From Candidatus Tayloriibacteriota bacterium (GTDB lineage: Bacteria; Patescibacteriota; Minisyncoccia; Phycocordibacterales; PALSA-1337): a stretch of 64,000 nt of DNA. A model generated the notes under the pieces. It ran no database searches and was not told the origin of the DNA. It saw only the letters and a list, made by a program, of their open reading frames with translations. The stretch is taken from NCBI GenBank assembly GCA_003151615.1, contig PLXZ01000001.1:134544-198543 (forward strand). Reading direction: 5' to 3'. The translations under genes and the position numbers were made by a program. This document shows positions 27,688 through 37,391 of the stretch, one piece after another. Every line of letters begins with the position of its first letter. The first letter of the stretch is position 1.

Positions 27688-27697
27688 TTAATTTATT

Positions 27698-28786
27698 ATG
27701 AACAAAAAAACGATTTGGTCTATGACTGCTTTTATCCTTGTAATAACTGTAGTTATTTTGTTTTATTTTTCCAGAAATTCTTCGTCTAATCTAACAGTCA
27801 AACTTGGTGTAATTGCAGGAACGACTGGCCAGTACGCTCCAGCGGGTGAGGGATATATGAAAGGTTTTAATCTTGCTCTTGATCAATGGAATAATTCTCA
27901 CATTCAAAAATTCTCGACGATCGTCGAAGACGACGGTTTCGATGCGGTCAAAGGTCTTGCCGCCTATCAGAAATTAAGTTCGATTGATAATGTAGATGCT
28001 TATGCTATCGTGTCGTCATTTACCATCGACGCTGTGTATGATCTTGTTCACAAAGAAGATAAGCCTGTGGCTTTAGGATTTGAACAAAGTAAGCCAGCTG
28101 AAGATGATAATATTTTCCAAGTTTTACCCGCGGCCGAACCCGTCGAGTCAGCTCTAGGACAAAAAGTAAAACAGTTGGGATATAGCAAACCAATCGCTGC
28201 GGTAAGTAACAACACTTCGGTGTATCAAAATTTCTATACTGGGTTCAGTGCCGGTTTTGGTGTGAGTGTTCAGAAATTCGAAATCAACAGTGACATAGGC
28301 AGTATTAGATCACAGGCTCTTGCTATTGTTGCCGCTAAGCCTGATGTCGTAGTATTTTTTACAGCACCGCAAGATGGAGCGCAACTCGTGAAGGAGATTC
28401 TCCGTATTACGACGTCGACAAATCGGCCATACTTTGTCTTTGATCAAGATGTTCAATCTGGTTCTACTGATTATCAGACGATCCTCGGTTCTGATATCAA
28501 CAAGATTGATGGTAGTCTTGTGGCTATGTCGAAGAATGATTTTACTTCTGATTTTACTCAGGCATATACGGCAAAATACAACGAGACCCCTCCATTTGGC
28601 TCTGATATGGGATATAACTCTTTCCTATTGCTGGCAACTACTTATGATAAAAATTCGCAGACATGGATCGATAATATGAAGAAAGTAAGTTTCACAGGAG
28701 CAGATGGTAATGTGTCATTTGATTCGGTAGGGTTGAGGGTCCCAAACGTCTATTTTGGAAAATTACAAGGTGGAAAAGTAATTTAA
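27698..28786 (+). CDS. LivJ/LivK-type ABC substrate-binding protein 2
   Basis: TM anchor; VKLGVIAGTTG, VEDD and GADGNVSFD motifs. Confidence 0.82.
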   Translation: MNKKTIWSMTAFILVITVVILFYFSRNSSSNLTVKLGVIAGTTGQYAPAGEGYMKGFNLALDQWNNSHIQKFSTIVEDDGFDAVKGLAAYQKLSSIDNVDAYAIVSSFTIDAVYDLVHKEDKPVALGFEQSKPAEDDNIFQVLPAAEPVESALGQKVKQLGYSKPIAAVSNNTSVYQNFYTGFSAGFGVSVQKFEINSDIGSIRSQALAIVAAKPDVVVFFTAPQDGAQLVKEILRITTSTNRPYFVFDQDVQSGSTDYQTILGSDINKIDGSLVAMSKNDFTSDFTQAYTAKYNETPPFGSDMGYNSFLLLATTYDKNSQTWIDNMKKVSFTGADGNVSFDSVGLRVPNVYFGKLQGGKVI

Positions 28787-28794
28787 TTCTTACC

Positions 28795-29583
28795 TTAGCT
28801 TTTAGATTTCTCCCACAAACTTTCCCAAAGCAATTTCATCATTGCGGCGAATTCTTTGCTGTGAACGGTGAAGGCAATTTTTTCCGATCCGCCGGACGCG
28901 AAGAGACATTTGTTCCCATAGAGCCAGAAACTCATTTTTGAATCAGTACCTTTCGGTAGGTATCTGACCGAGACTAGATTTTTCTTGTTATTTTTAAGCC
29001 ATTCATGTTTCGTACCATGCTGAATGGATCGGTCTGTGTGATTTTCGATAACGTAAATGAAAACACCATATTGAAAGCGTTGCCCCCCATGCCATTTAAA
29101 GAATTCCTCGTCCATGTCGATCATATTTTTTGTCGGCCAAACCATATAAGCTTCTTTCAAATCTTTTTGCCATGGCATGTCGCGAAAAGCTTGCTTGATG
29201 CCAAGTATGCCGGAATAGAATTTAATCTTCGGCCTAGACACTATATCTTTTGGATGATTTTTGCCTATGAAATCCAGCAGGGATATTTGGGCATTTTTCA
29301 TATTCTGTAGTTTTTCCTCATTTGCTCGGGTTAATTGTTCCGGATCAGATATACCAAACGATTTGCCATGATCGTCGCTGTATTCGTTAATGAGACTTTG
29401 GTCAAGAAGGGGGGTTATGGCGTCGTAGACGGAGGATTTTGGCATATTGAGCCGAGCAGCTATATCGGCCACCGTAGAAATGCCATGGCCTATGATGTCC
29501 ATCAATACTCGTTTTGACTTGGCTGGCATGCCAAAAATATCAAGGAAATCATTGGTATTCGCTTTTCGCCGAATCATGGACAA
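28795..29583 (-). CDS. Second TrmB-like transcriptional regulator (start codon uncertain)
   Basis: HTH TVADIAARLNMPKSSVYDAI..L; RPKIKFYSG..GI; F.LYGNK. Confidence 0.8.
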   Translation of the reverse strand: MSMIRRKANTNDFLDIFGMPAKSKRVLMDIIGHGISTVADIAARLNMPKSSVYDAITPLLDQSLINEYSDDHGKSFGISDPEQLTRANEEKLQNMKNAQISLLDFIGKNHPKDIVSRPKIKFYSGILGIKQAFRDMPWQKDLKEAYMVWPTKNMIDMDEEFFKWHGGQRFQYGVFIYVIENHTDRSIQHGTKHEWLKNNKKNLVSVRYLPKGTDSKMSFWLYGNKCLFASGGSEKIAFTVHSKEFAAMMKLLWESLWEKSKS

Positions 29584-29612
29584 ATAATATCATGGGTGTA
29601 ATATATGTCAAT

Positions 29613-30731
29613 ATGAATAAAAAAATCACATGGTCAGTAATTGGAATTATTGCGGTTATCATTGCAATTGTCTCTGGAGTCCGACATTCCAAGGCTCCAC
29701 AAGCAAATGCCAACCCTATAAAGATAGGTGCTGTTTTGTCGCTCACAGGCTCTGCCGCACCGTGGGGTGAGTATGCGAAAAATGGTATTGATTTAGCAGT
29801 AAAAGAGATCAATGCTAATGGTGGCATTAATGGCCGCCCGGTTCAGGTAGTAATCGAAGATGATAATACAGACGGAAAACAATCCGTGTCGGCATGGAAT
29901 AAACTTGCTACAGTTGACGGTGTTCAAGGGATTATTGGCGGTGTATTTGATTTTACGGCGCAACCTCTCATCCCCTTGGCCTTAAGCAATAATATTCCAT
30001 TCATATCTCCATCAAATTTTCGCATTGCGGGAGGCTTTGATTTGAATGATCAGAGCTTTGTCATGCTGACTGATATGAATAAAACCGTGCAAAAACTTCA
30101 ACCCTATCTTGCGTCTAGTTCCATTAAAAAATTGGCAGTTGTCCATTATCAGTCGACTTTCGGCAATGAGATAGCTCAGACACTTGATGGCGTCATGAAG
30201 AATCTCGGCAGAGGAGGCATTGTGGACAATCCATATCCGCAAATCGGCGATAATGATTGGAAAACGACAATTATAAAATTAAAAAGCGAAGACGTAGATG
30301 CAGTTTTCTTGGATATGGTCGGAAATGATCCTCTTGTTTTCTTGCAACAGGCCAAGGAGCTCGATTTTTCTCCGACTGTTATTACTTACAATGGAATACA
30401 GGATGCCTTTGCGGATCAGAGTGACAAAAGCTTGCTCAACGGTGTTGTCGTATTAAACTGGGAAGTGACGTCGCCACAATTTTCGGATATGTACCAGCAG
30501 GCATATGGCGTGGCCCCGACAAAATCAGCAGATAAATATTTCGAGGCTGTGTATGTCATGGCTAATGCATTGGCTAACGTATCCGATCCTTCTCAAGCCC
30601 CCGCTTACATAGCCAGAAATTCATTCAATACGCCGAATGGAACAGTAACTTTTGCCTCAGATCATTCTGTGAGTGATGTTCCTGTACAAATTCAAATTAT
30701 TGAAGATGAGGTGGCGACACCTTGGCGGTAG
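29613..30731 (+). CDS. LivJ/LivK-type ABC substrate-binding protein 3
   Basis: TM anchor; IKIGAVLSLTG.AA.WG, EINANGGINGRP..V..EDD; ATG start at 29613. Confidence 0.9.
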   Translation: MNKKITWSVIGIIAVIIAIVSGVRHSKAPQANANPIKIGAVLSLTGSAAPWGEYAKNGIDLAVKEINANGGINGRPVQVVIEDDNTDGKQSVSAWNKLATVDGVQGIIGGVFDFTAQPLIPLALSNNIPFISPSNFRIAGGFDLNDQSFVMLTDMNKTVQKLQPYLASSSIKKLAVVHYQSTFGNEIAQTLDGVMKNLGRGGIVDNPYPQIGDNDWKTTIIKLKSEDVDAVFLDMVGNDPLVFLQQAKELDFSPTVITYNGIQDAFADQSDKSLLNGVVVLNWEVTSPQFSDMYQQAYGVAPTKSADKYFEAVYVMANALANVSDPSQAPAYIARNSFNTPNGTVTFASDHSVSDVPVQIQIIEDEVATPWR

Positions 30732-30756
30732 ACTGATAATAGGGCATAATTTGAGC

Positions 30757-31509
30757 GTGTCTAATCTAGCAATCAAAAATTTAGAGAAACATTTTGATGG
30801 CGTTAAGGCTGTCAATAAATTGTCGATTGCTTTTGAGGCCGGAAAAATAACCGGAATTATCGGTCCTAACGGTTCGGGTAAATCGACTTTAATAAATACG
30901 CTTACAGGACTTATCCCGGCTGATTCGGGTGAAATTATAATTGCGGGGTCACAAATACTTAAGAAAATTCGTGCATATGATATACCGACGTATGGAATGA
31001 CGAGGACTTTTCAGGACGTAAGATTATTCGAACAGATGCCTGTAATTGATAATATACTCGTCGTCCTAACGGAACGAAGCATTTGGAAGTCCTTGTTTGA
31101 AAGACACAGTAAAATTCACATGGAAAAAGCCGAGGATGTTTTAAAAAAAGTTGGTCTCTTGGACAAGAGAAATGATTTGGCTAAAAATCTTTCATACGGT
31201 CAGCGCAAGCTTCTCGAAATCGCCCGAATACTAGCCATGATTCATTGTGGTGCTGGCGATATCAACGTCATTTTTTTCGACGAACCGTTTGCGGGATTAT
31301 TTCCACAAATGATAAAAATAGTCACGAGCGTGATGAAAGAACTTCGAGATGAGGGCAAATCCGTGATTCTTGTCGAGCATAATATGGATCTTATCCGGGA
31401 ATTATCTGACCACGTCTATGTTCTTGATTCGGGTGAGCTTCTGGCGCAAGGAAGTCCGTCGGAAGTATTGACGCGTAAGGATGTTATCGAAGCGTATCTC
31501 GGCGAATAA
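30757..31509 (+). CDS. livG: Branched-chain amino acid ABC ATPase LivG
   Basis: GPNGSGKST, RTFQ, LSYGQRKLLEIAR, DEP, VEH and EAYLG motifs; probable GTG/TTG start. Confidence 0.9.
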   Translation: MSNLAIKNLEKHFDGVKAVNKLSIAFEAGKITGIIGPNGSGKSTLINTLTGLIPADSGEIIIAGSQILKKIRAYDIPTYGMTRTFQDVRLFEQMPVIDNILVVLTERSIWKSLFERHSKIHMEKAEDVLKKVGLLDKRNDLAKNLSYGQRKLLEIARILAMIHCGAGDINVIFFDEPFAGLFPQMIKIVTSVMKELRDEGKSVILVEHNMDLIRELSDHVYVLDSGELLAQGSPSEVLTRKDVIEAYLGE

Positions 31510-31513
31510 TTAC

Positions 31514-32236
31514 ATGAACGACGAAATCTTATTACAACTGAAAAATGTCCACGTTCATTTTGGCGGAGTAAAAGCGCTTGATGGCGCTTCCGTTTCAATA
31601 CATGAAGGAGAAATAGTGGCTCTCATGGGACCAAACGGAGCCGGGAAATCCACTATACTTAAAGCTATTTTTGGATTGGCTCCGATTGATTCCGGCGAGG
31701 TACTCTGGCAAGGGCATCCATTTATGCCGGTTTCTTATGAAGTAGTAGAACGTGGTGTTTCGTTTGTGCCCCAAGGTCGCAGGGTATTCCACCATCTGAC
31801 GGTTCTTGAGAATCTGGAGATCGGGGGATTCAATGTTAAAAATAAGGTTAATCGTAAAGAGCGCATTATCGATATGCTCGAACTGTTTCCGGCTCTTAAA
31901 GGAAAGCTTCATGCCAAATCAGGTACACTCTCCGGTGGTCAACAACAAATGTTGGCTATTGCCCGCGGGCTCATGACTGATCCAAAGGTTCTCTTGCTGG
32001 ATGAACCGTCTTTAGGTCTGGCTCCAAAAATTGTCAAAGAAGTATTTGAGAAGATCAAGGAAATAAATGATCGCAAGAAAACCGCGATTCTTGTCGTTGA
32101 GCATAATTTAAAATCACTTCTGGAAATTACCAAACGCGCATACGTGCTTGATAAAGGCAAAATTTATGCAGAAGGAATTCCTAAAGAATTAATCGATAAA
32201 AAAATCTTGGAGAAGGTTTTTTTGGGAAATTCTTAA
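31514..32236 (+). CDS. livF: Branched-chain amino acid ABC ATPase LivF
   Basis: GPNGAGKST, VPQGRRVF, LSGGQQQMLAIAR and LLLDEPSLGLAP motifs. Confidence 0.92.
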   Translation: MNDEILLQLKNVHVHFGGVKALDGASVSIHEGEIVALMGPNGAGKSTILKAIFGLAPIDSGEVLWQGHPFMPVSYEVVERGVSFVPQGRRVFHHLTVLENLEIGGFNVKNKVNRKERIIDMLELFPALKGKLHAKSGTLSGGQQQMLAIARGLMTDPKVLLLDEPSLGLAPKIVKEVFEKIKEINDRKKTAILVVEHNLKSLLEITKRAYVLDKGKIYAEGIPKELIDKKILEKVFLGNS

Positions 32237-32260
32237 GATAATCAACTCAATAGCAATATT

Positions 32261-33790
32261 TTACCGCGCAAACTCGATCGCACGTGTCTCACGGATGATG
32301 GTTACCTTGATTTCGCCCGGATATTTGAGGTCTTTTTCGATTTTGAGGGCTATGTCGCGGGCCATGTTGCGAGCTTCGAGGTCAGTGACGTTTTCAGGGG
32401 TGACGAATATGCGGATTTCGCGGCCAGCCTGAAGGGCGTAAGATTTTTCAACACCTTTGAAGCCGTTAGCGATGGCTTCGAGGTCGCCGAGGCGTTTGAG
32501 GTAGTTTTCAATGCTGTCGCTGCGGGCTCCGGGACGCGCGCCCGAAATGGCGTCGGCAGTCTGAACAATGCGTGATTCAACCGTTTCATACGGGTATTCC
32601 TCGTGATGGGCCTGCATGGCCTTCACGATATCCTCGCTTGCGCCGAATTTCTGGAGGATTCTGCGGCCGATTTCGACGTGGGTTCCGGCGACTTCATGGT
32701 CGAGAGCCTTGCCGAGATCATGGAGAAGGGCACCTGCCTTTGCCACTGCAACGTTGGCACCGAGCTCTTCAGCTATCATTCCGGCAATGTGCGCCATTTC
32801 TATTGAGTGCTGGAGGACGTTCTGGCCGTAGCTGGTACGGAAATGGAGTCGGCCGAGAATGAGGAGAATTCGCGGATCAAGGCCAATGACGCCGCATTCA
32901 TACGCGGCCTGTTCGCCCTTTTCCTTGATGGTTTTATTGATGTCGGCCTGTGCCTGTTCGACGATTTTCTCGATTTTTGCAGGCTGGATACGGCCGTCGC
33001 GGATCAGTTCCTCGAGGGCGGCTTTTGCGACATGGCGACGCACCGGATCGAATGAAGAAATGGTAATTGCACCTGGTGTGTCGTCGACAATAACTTCAAC
33101 GCCGGTCATTCGCTCGAAAGCTTTGATATTGCGGCCTTCCTTGCCGATAATTTTTCCTTTAATTTCGTCGTTTGGAATGGTGACGTTTGTCGACATGACG
33201 TCAGCGGCCACGGAACTGGCGAGGCGCTGGATCGACATTGCAAGAATGTCCTTCGCCTTGTTTTCCAAAATTTCCTGACCCTGCGAATCCATTTTCTGCA
33301 TGCGGACGATGAGGTCGGCTTCGGCATTCCGTTCGATTGTCTTCATCAATTCGGTTTTTGCTTCCCCGTCGGTCATTTGGGCGACCCTTTGAAGGGACTC
33401 TTTCTTTTCCTGTTCCAGTTTTTCCGCGCGTTCGCGGATGACGCGGATTTCGGCAACGCGGCTCTTGATGATTTCAACCTCCTTGTCGATGTCGGTTTGG
33501 CGTTTATCGAGAAGATCTTCCTTTTTAATGAGGCGGGTTTCGGTTTGCTGAGCTTTTTCTTCCTTTTCGCGAATTTCCTGGCGCGACTGGTCGAGAAGGG
33601 TATCGGCCTTCGTCTGCGCTTCGTCCGTGATTTTTTTTGCCCCTTCTTTTGCCGTGATGAGCATTTCCTTTATCTCCAATTCCATCGAGCCTTTTTTGCC
33701 GAGCGAAATGATCAGGCGCAGGAAATAGCCAACGAGTATTCCGAGAACGCCCGCGGCTCCCAATAAAACAATGATTAATTTTAGTGACAT
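32261..33790 (-). CDS. rny: Ribonuclease Y
   Basis: TM helix, coiled coil, KH domain (KGKIIGKEGRNI) and HD domain (RTSYGQNVLQHS, LLHDLGK, ADAISGARPGAR). Confidence 0.96.
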   Translation of the reverse strand: MSLKLIIVLLGAAGVLGILVGYFLRLIISLGKKGSMELEIKEMLITAKEGAKKITDEAQTKADTLLDQSRQEIREKEEKAQQTETRLIKKEDLLDKRQTDIDKEVEIIKSRVAEIRVIRERAEKLEQEKKESLQRVAQMTDGEAKTELMKTIERNAEADLIVRMQKMDSQGQEILENKAKDILAMSIQRLASSVAADVMSTNVTIPNDEIKGKIIGKEGRNIKAFERMTGVEVIVDDTPGAITISSFDPVRRHVAKAALEELIRDGRIQPAKIEKIVEQAQADINKTIKEKGEQAAYECGVIGLDPRILLILGRLHFRTSYGQNVLQHSIEMAHIAGMIAEELGANVAVAKAGALLHDLGKALDHEVAGTHVEIGRRILQKFGASEDIVKAMQAHHEEYPYETVESRIVQTADAISGARPGARSDSIENYLKRLGDLEAIANGFKGVEKSYALQAGREIRIFVTPENVTDLEARNMARDIALKIEKDLKYPGEIKVTIIRETRAIEFAR

Positions 33791-33827
33791 ATGCGAATAG
33801 CTTCGCCTTTCGAGAAGTGGACCGGAG

Positions 33828-33956
33828 TTAATGCATAGGTAAGTGTTTGGGCGTGTTCGTGCGCGGAGTTCGGAATGGTAGGGGATAGTGCGGAATTGTA
33901 TGCAGGATGGAACACGGAATCTGCGGAAGTGTCGGTATTTGGAAGTACGTATTCAT
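33828..33956 (-). CDS. Candidate 42-aa proline-rich leader peptide upstream of rny
   Basis: ATG 33956 to TAA 33828: MNTYFQIPTLPQIPCSILHTIPHYPLPFRTPRTNTPKHLPMH. Confidence 0.25.
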   Translation of the reverse strand: MNTYFQIPTLPQIPCSILHTIPHYPLPFRTPRTNTPKHLPMH

Positions 33957-34041
33957 TAAGGGAGTCGTTCTGAAAAAACTAAGCCGAAATTAAATCTAAT
34001 AACAGATTTAATATATATCACATTTTTAAAATTGTCCAGTT

Positions 34042-34611
34042 TTAAAGCACCTTGTCGATAATTCCGTATTTTTTGGCGTCTTCGGCGGACATGAAGAAGT
34101 CGCGGTCGACGTCCTTTTCGATTTTTGCGACTGGTTGGCCGGTATTTTTTGCCAAAATTTTATTGAGGTTTTCGCGGGTTTTGAGGATGTGGCGTGCGCT
34201 GATTTCAATGTCGGAGGCCTGGCCTTCCGCGCCGCCGAGCGGCTGGTGAATCATGACTTCTGAATTTGAGAGGGCGTAACGCTTGCCTTTTGTTCCGGCT
34301 GACAAAACGAGAGCCGCACCGGACGCGGCGATGCCGACGCATGTCGTCGCGACATTATTTTTAATGTGATTCATCGTATCGACGATGGCGAGGGTCGCCG
34401 TGACCGAACCTCCCGGAGAATTTATATAAAGATTGATGTCCTTTTTCGGATCTTCAGATTGCAGGAAAAGAAGCTGGGCGATGATTATGTTCGCCGTGTG
34501 GTCGTCTATCGGGCCGCCGAGGAAAATAATATTGTCCTTGAGCAGGCGCGAGTAAATGTCGTAGGCCCGTTCGCCGTAATTTGTCTTTTCGATGACTGTT
34601 GGAATTAACAT
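34042..34611 (-). CDS. clpP: ATP-dependent Clp protease proteolytic subunit
   Basis: [24 protein letters not shown] and DRD motifs; ATG start at 34611. Confidence 0.96.
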   Translation of the reverse strand: MLIPTVIEKTNYGERAYDIYSRLLKDNIIFLGGPIDDHTANIIIAQLLFLQSEDPKKDINLYINSPGGSVTATLAIVDTMNHIKNNVATTCVGIAASGAALVLSAGTKGKRYALSNSEVMIHQPLGGAEGQASDIEISARHILKTRENLNKILAKNTGQPVAKIEKDVDRDFFMSAEDAKKYGIIDKVL

Positions 34612-34724
34612 AGTTTTATTTGTTATTTTGCTGATAGTTTCCGTTGTTTCTGATTTTCGCATTATTACACATTTTTTTTGAAAAAGAAAGTTGTGCGATT
34701 TTTATGCGGGTATATACTTGTTTC

Positions 34725-35471
34725 ATGAGGTTGCATCGGTTTTTCTCCAACGATCCAATTGTACCAACGATAGAGAGCGGAAATCAAAACGACACGAGCG
34801 ATCTTATCACCCAAAAATCTTCCACTGCCCAATGGAAGAAGGTTTTTCGGTTTGGACCCGGTGACCGCGTAATTCTTTTCGACGGCTCCGGAAGGGATTT
34901 TACCTGTGAAATCCTCGAATATAAGGGTGGGAACGGAAATGATGATGGCGAAACAGTGCTCAAAATGGTCGAAACCCGTCCAAATAACGTGAAACCCGTG
35001 CGAAATGTTTCACTGTACGCGGCAGTTGTTAAAAAGGACACATTCGAATGGATTGTCGAAAAAGCCACCGAGCTTGGCGTGTCCGATATTGTCCCTGTAA
35101 TTGCAGAGAGAAGCGAAAAGAAAAATCTGAATGTTGAGCGTCTTGAAAAAATTGCGATAGAGGCGTCGGAGCAATCGGGAAGGGGAACAGTTCCAAAAAT
35201 TCATCCTGTCATTAGTTTTAGCGATGCCATTGCGGAAATCATCAAAAGAAAACAGCCAGCGATCGTTTTTGATCCGTCCGGCATGAAGTTTTCCGAAAAA
35301 GATTTTGCCGCCTTAAACAGTACCGTCGTTTTCATTGGCCCCGAAGGAGGATGGTCGCCGGATGAGTTGAATGCTTTTAAAAAAGCGGACATTCCGATAC
35401 TTTCCTTCGGTCCGCAAATACTGCGCGCAGAAACAGCGGTTATTGCGGCATTAAGCCGACTGGTTTTCTAG
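34725..35471 (+). CDS. rsmE: 16S rRNA m3U1498 methyltransferase RsmE
   Basis: KATELGV, EASEQSGR, FIGPEGGW and ILRAETA motifs. Confidence 0.94.
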   Translation: MRLHRFFSNDPIVPTIESGNQNDTSDLITQKSSTAQWKKVFRFGPGDRVILFDGSGRDFTCEILEYKGGNGNDDGETVLKMVETRPNNVKPVRNVSLYAAVVKKDTFEWIVEKATELGVSDIVPVIAERSEKKNLNVERLEKIAIEASEQSGRGTVPKIHPVISFSDAIAEIIKRKQPAIVFDPSGMKFSEKDFAALNSTVVFIGPEGGWSPDELNAFKKADIPILSFGPQILRAETAVIAALSRLVF

Positions 35472-36488
35472 AAACTGAAATACTTTTTCATTTGTGAGCA
35501 CTCCCGTGGCGTATGCATATGCCCGTTCATGGTCGGCGTCCTTGTAATGTTCCATGATGTGCTTTACTTCCTTTTCGATTTCCTTTGTCTCAGCGCTGAT
35601 TTTTTCAGACTCGGCGATTTTGTTGAGGACGAGCTGCAATTTTACTTTTTTCTCGGCGTACGGACCCCATTCTTTGCGTAGGTCGTCGATGTTTTTCTTC
35701 GACTGCTTCAGATATTCGTCGAGAGAATATCCCATACGTGCGATGTCATCGTTGAACTGCATTTCGGTGCGGCGAATTTCGCTTTCAATGAGAGCCGCAG
35801 GTAGTTCGATTTTTGATTCGGTTGAAATTGCGTCAGCCATGGCGATGCGGCGCTTTTCGCGGGCTTCGCGTTTTTTATCATCGGCGAGAGCCTCGGAAAT
35901 ATGTTTTTTGAACTCGGGCGTTTCGAGTTTTTTAATTTCCTCGCTATGATCATGTTTGGGGTCATGTATCTCGCCTTCAGCATGATTGTGACCCTCGTGA
36001 TTTTCGTAGGACTTTCGAATGCGGTCCAATGCGTCTGTGATTTCCTTTTCGGTGACGCCGAGATTTTTATCGTCGACTGCAGGCGTTCCTTTTGCAATCT
36101 TTTTGTAATCCGCGAGGGTTATTTCCGGCATGACTGAAACCTTTATCTTGAATTCCAGCGCATTGCCCGCCGCCATTTTCGTAATGGAAATTTCAGGCCG
36201 GCCGATCGGATCGATTTTATTGTCCATGACGATGGAGGGATAGGCTTCGGAGAGGGCGAGCTCGGCCATCTCTTCGAGAATTGTTTTTTCGCCGACTTTC
36301 GCCACGATGATTTTTTCGGGAACGCTGCCTTTGCGGAAACCGTCGACGACTATGGTTTCGTTTATATTTTTGAGTGCTGCCGGTCGAAACGAATCAAACG
36401 CTTCGGCTGAAATGGAGCCAGTTATTTCAATTTGAGATCCGGGTATTTTCTTTATTTCGGCGGTTGCCGTTATTTTTTGTTTTTTCAT
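35451..36488 (-). CDS. tig: Trigger factor lacking the FKBP/PPIase domain
   Basis: Ribosome-binding motif DGFRKG.VP, C-terminal chaperone helices; only 345 aa; upstream of clpP. Confidence 0.88.
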   Translation of the reverse strand: MKKQKITATAEIKKIPGSQIEITGSISAEAFDSFRPAALKNINETIVVDGFRKGSVPEKIIVAKVGEKTILEEMAELALSEAYPSIVMDNKIDPIGRPEISITKMAAGNALEFKIKVSVMPEITLADYKKIAKGTPAVDDKNLGVTEKEITDALDRIRKSYENHEGHNHAEGEIHDPKHDHSEEIKKLETPEFKKHISEALADDKKREAREKRRIAMADAISTESKIELPAALIESEIRRTEMQFNDDIARMGYSLDEYLKQSKKNIDDLRKEWGPYAEKKVKLQLVLNKIAESEKISAETKEIEKEVKHIMEHYKDADHERAYAYATGVLTNEKVFQFLENQSA

Positions 36489-36526
36489 ATTATTTTAAGT
36501 AATGGTATCTATTTCTCTTGATATGT

Positions 36527-36772
36527 CTAGAATCCGGGATTTTGCGGTGCCGGATTCGCCTGAAGGTCCTTTTGAATGTCAGTGGGCTCAGTGCTCGTAC
36601 TATATATGATGATTGTGGTAGTTGCCAGGTTGGTATTTTCCTGCTGAATCTGGGCCGCGGTATTGAGATGTTCCCCCCATATGTAAAGCGCAGTGACGAT
36701 GAGAAGCACGACAATTATGAGGGTTCCAACGATGGGTCCGATACCTTGATTTTGAGGAGTAGTTTCGTTCAT
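36527..36772 (-). CDS. Small single-TM protein
   Basis: GPIVGTLIIVVLLIVTALYIWG helix, 81 aa. Confidence 0.7.
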   Translation of the reverse strand: MNETTPQNQGIGPIVGTLIIVVLLIVTALYIWGEHLNTAAQIQQENTNLATTTIIIYSTSTEPTDIQKDLQANPAPQNPGF

Positions 36773-36840
36773 TGCCCCTAGTATACAACTTTCAAAGCTA
36801 TTTTATAGCAATTTTACCGCTCAATCATCGCCGCAACGAT

Positions 36841-37371
36841 TTAGAGAATATTTGTCAATACATCCAAGGCCGACTGAAGGTCATTGTGAGCCAAATTTAC
36901 CGCGCCAATCGCATCGTCCGCCAATTTTCGCGCTTTAGCAAGGACGGTCTGGCTTTGATAAGCCGAAGATGCCGCGATCGTCGATGACGCAAATAATGCG
37001 ATATTATTTTGGGCGATTATGATGTCGGCGCTCGAAGAAGCAAGCCAGAGATTAACGCTTGAAGTGTCCGTTCCCGAAGCTGCCGTTTCCGCCGTTTTTG
37101 TTGCTATGCGAGTCTGTATATTTTCGAGATTCAAGAGAGCCAAGTTGAGCTGGTCGACGAGGGTTTTTTCCTTGTTTTGAATATCGGAAGAGTGGTCAGT
37201 TACGAGTTGATTGCGCAGAGCGCTGTTTTGGGCGCCATTTTCCTTGCCCGCGTCAACGGCGTTTTTAAATGTCGAACCGATGGAGCCCGAAAGCGTCTGG
37301 GCATGAGCCATGCCAACATTCAATACAAGTGCCGTCGTCAAAATAATTCCTGTTTTCTTGATGAAGTTCAT
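36841..37371 (-). CDS. Secreted helical/coiled-coil hypothetical protein
   Basis: Signal peptide ending AHA; Ala-rich helices. Confidence 0.7.
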   Translation of the reverse strand: MNFIKKTGIILTTALVLNVGMAHAQTLSGSIGSTFKNAVDAGKENGAQNSALRNQLVTDHSSDIQNKEKTLVDQLNLALLNLENIQTRIATKTAETAASGTDTSSVNLWLASSSADIIIAQNNIALFASSTIAASSAYQSQTVLAKARKLADDAIGAVNLAHNDLQSALDVLTNIL

Positions 37372-37391
37372 GTGATTTATTCTAGCACAGC

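Noticed and set aside
33791-33970. 6S RNA upstream of rny, or a CsrB-like GGA-repeat sRNA on the + strand
   Set aside because: The strong G/C asymmetry prevents a long 6S hairpin; the GGA motifs are not in hairpin loops and no csrA or terminator is seen
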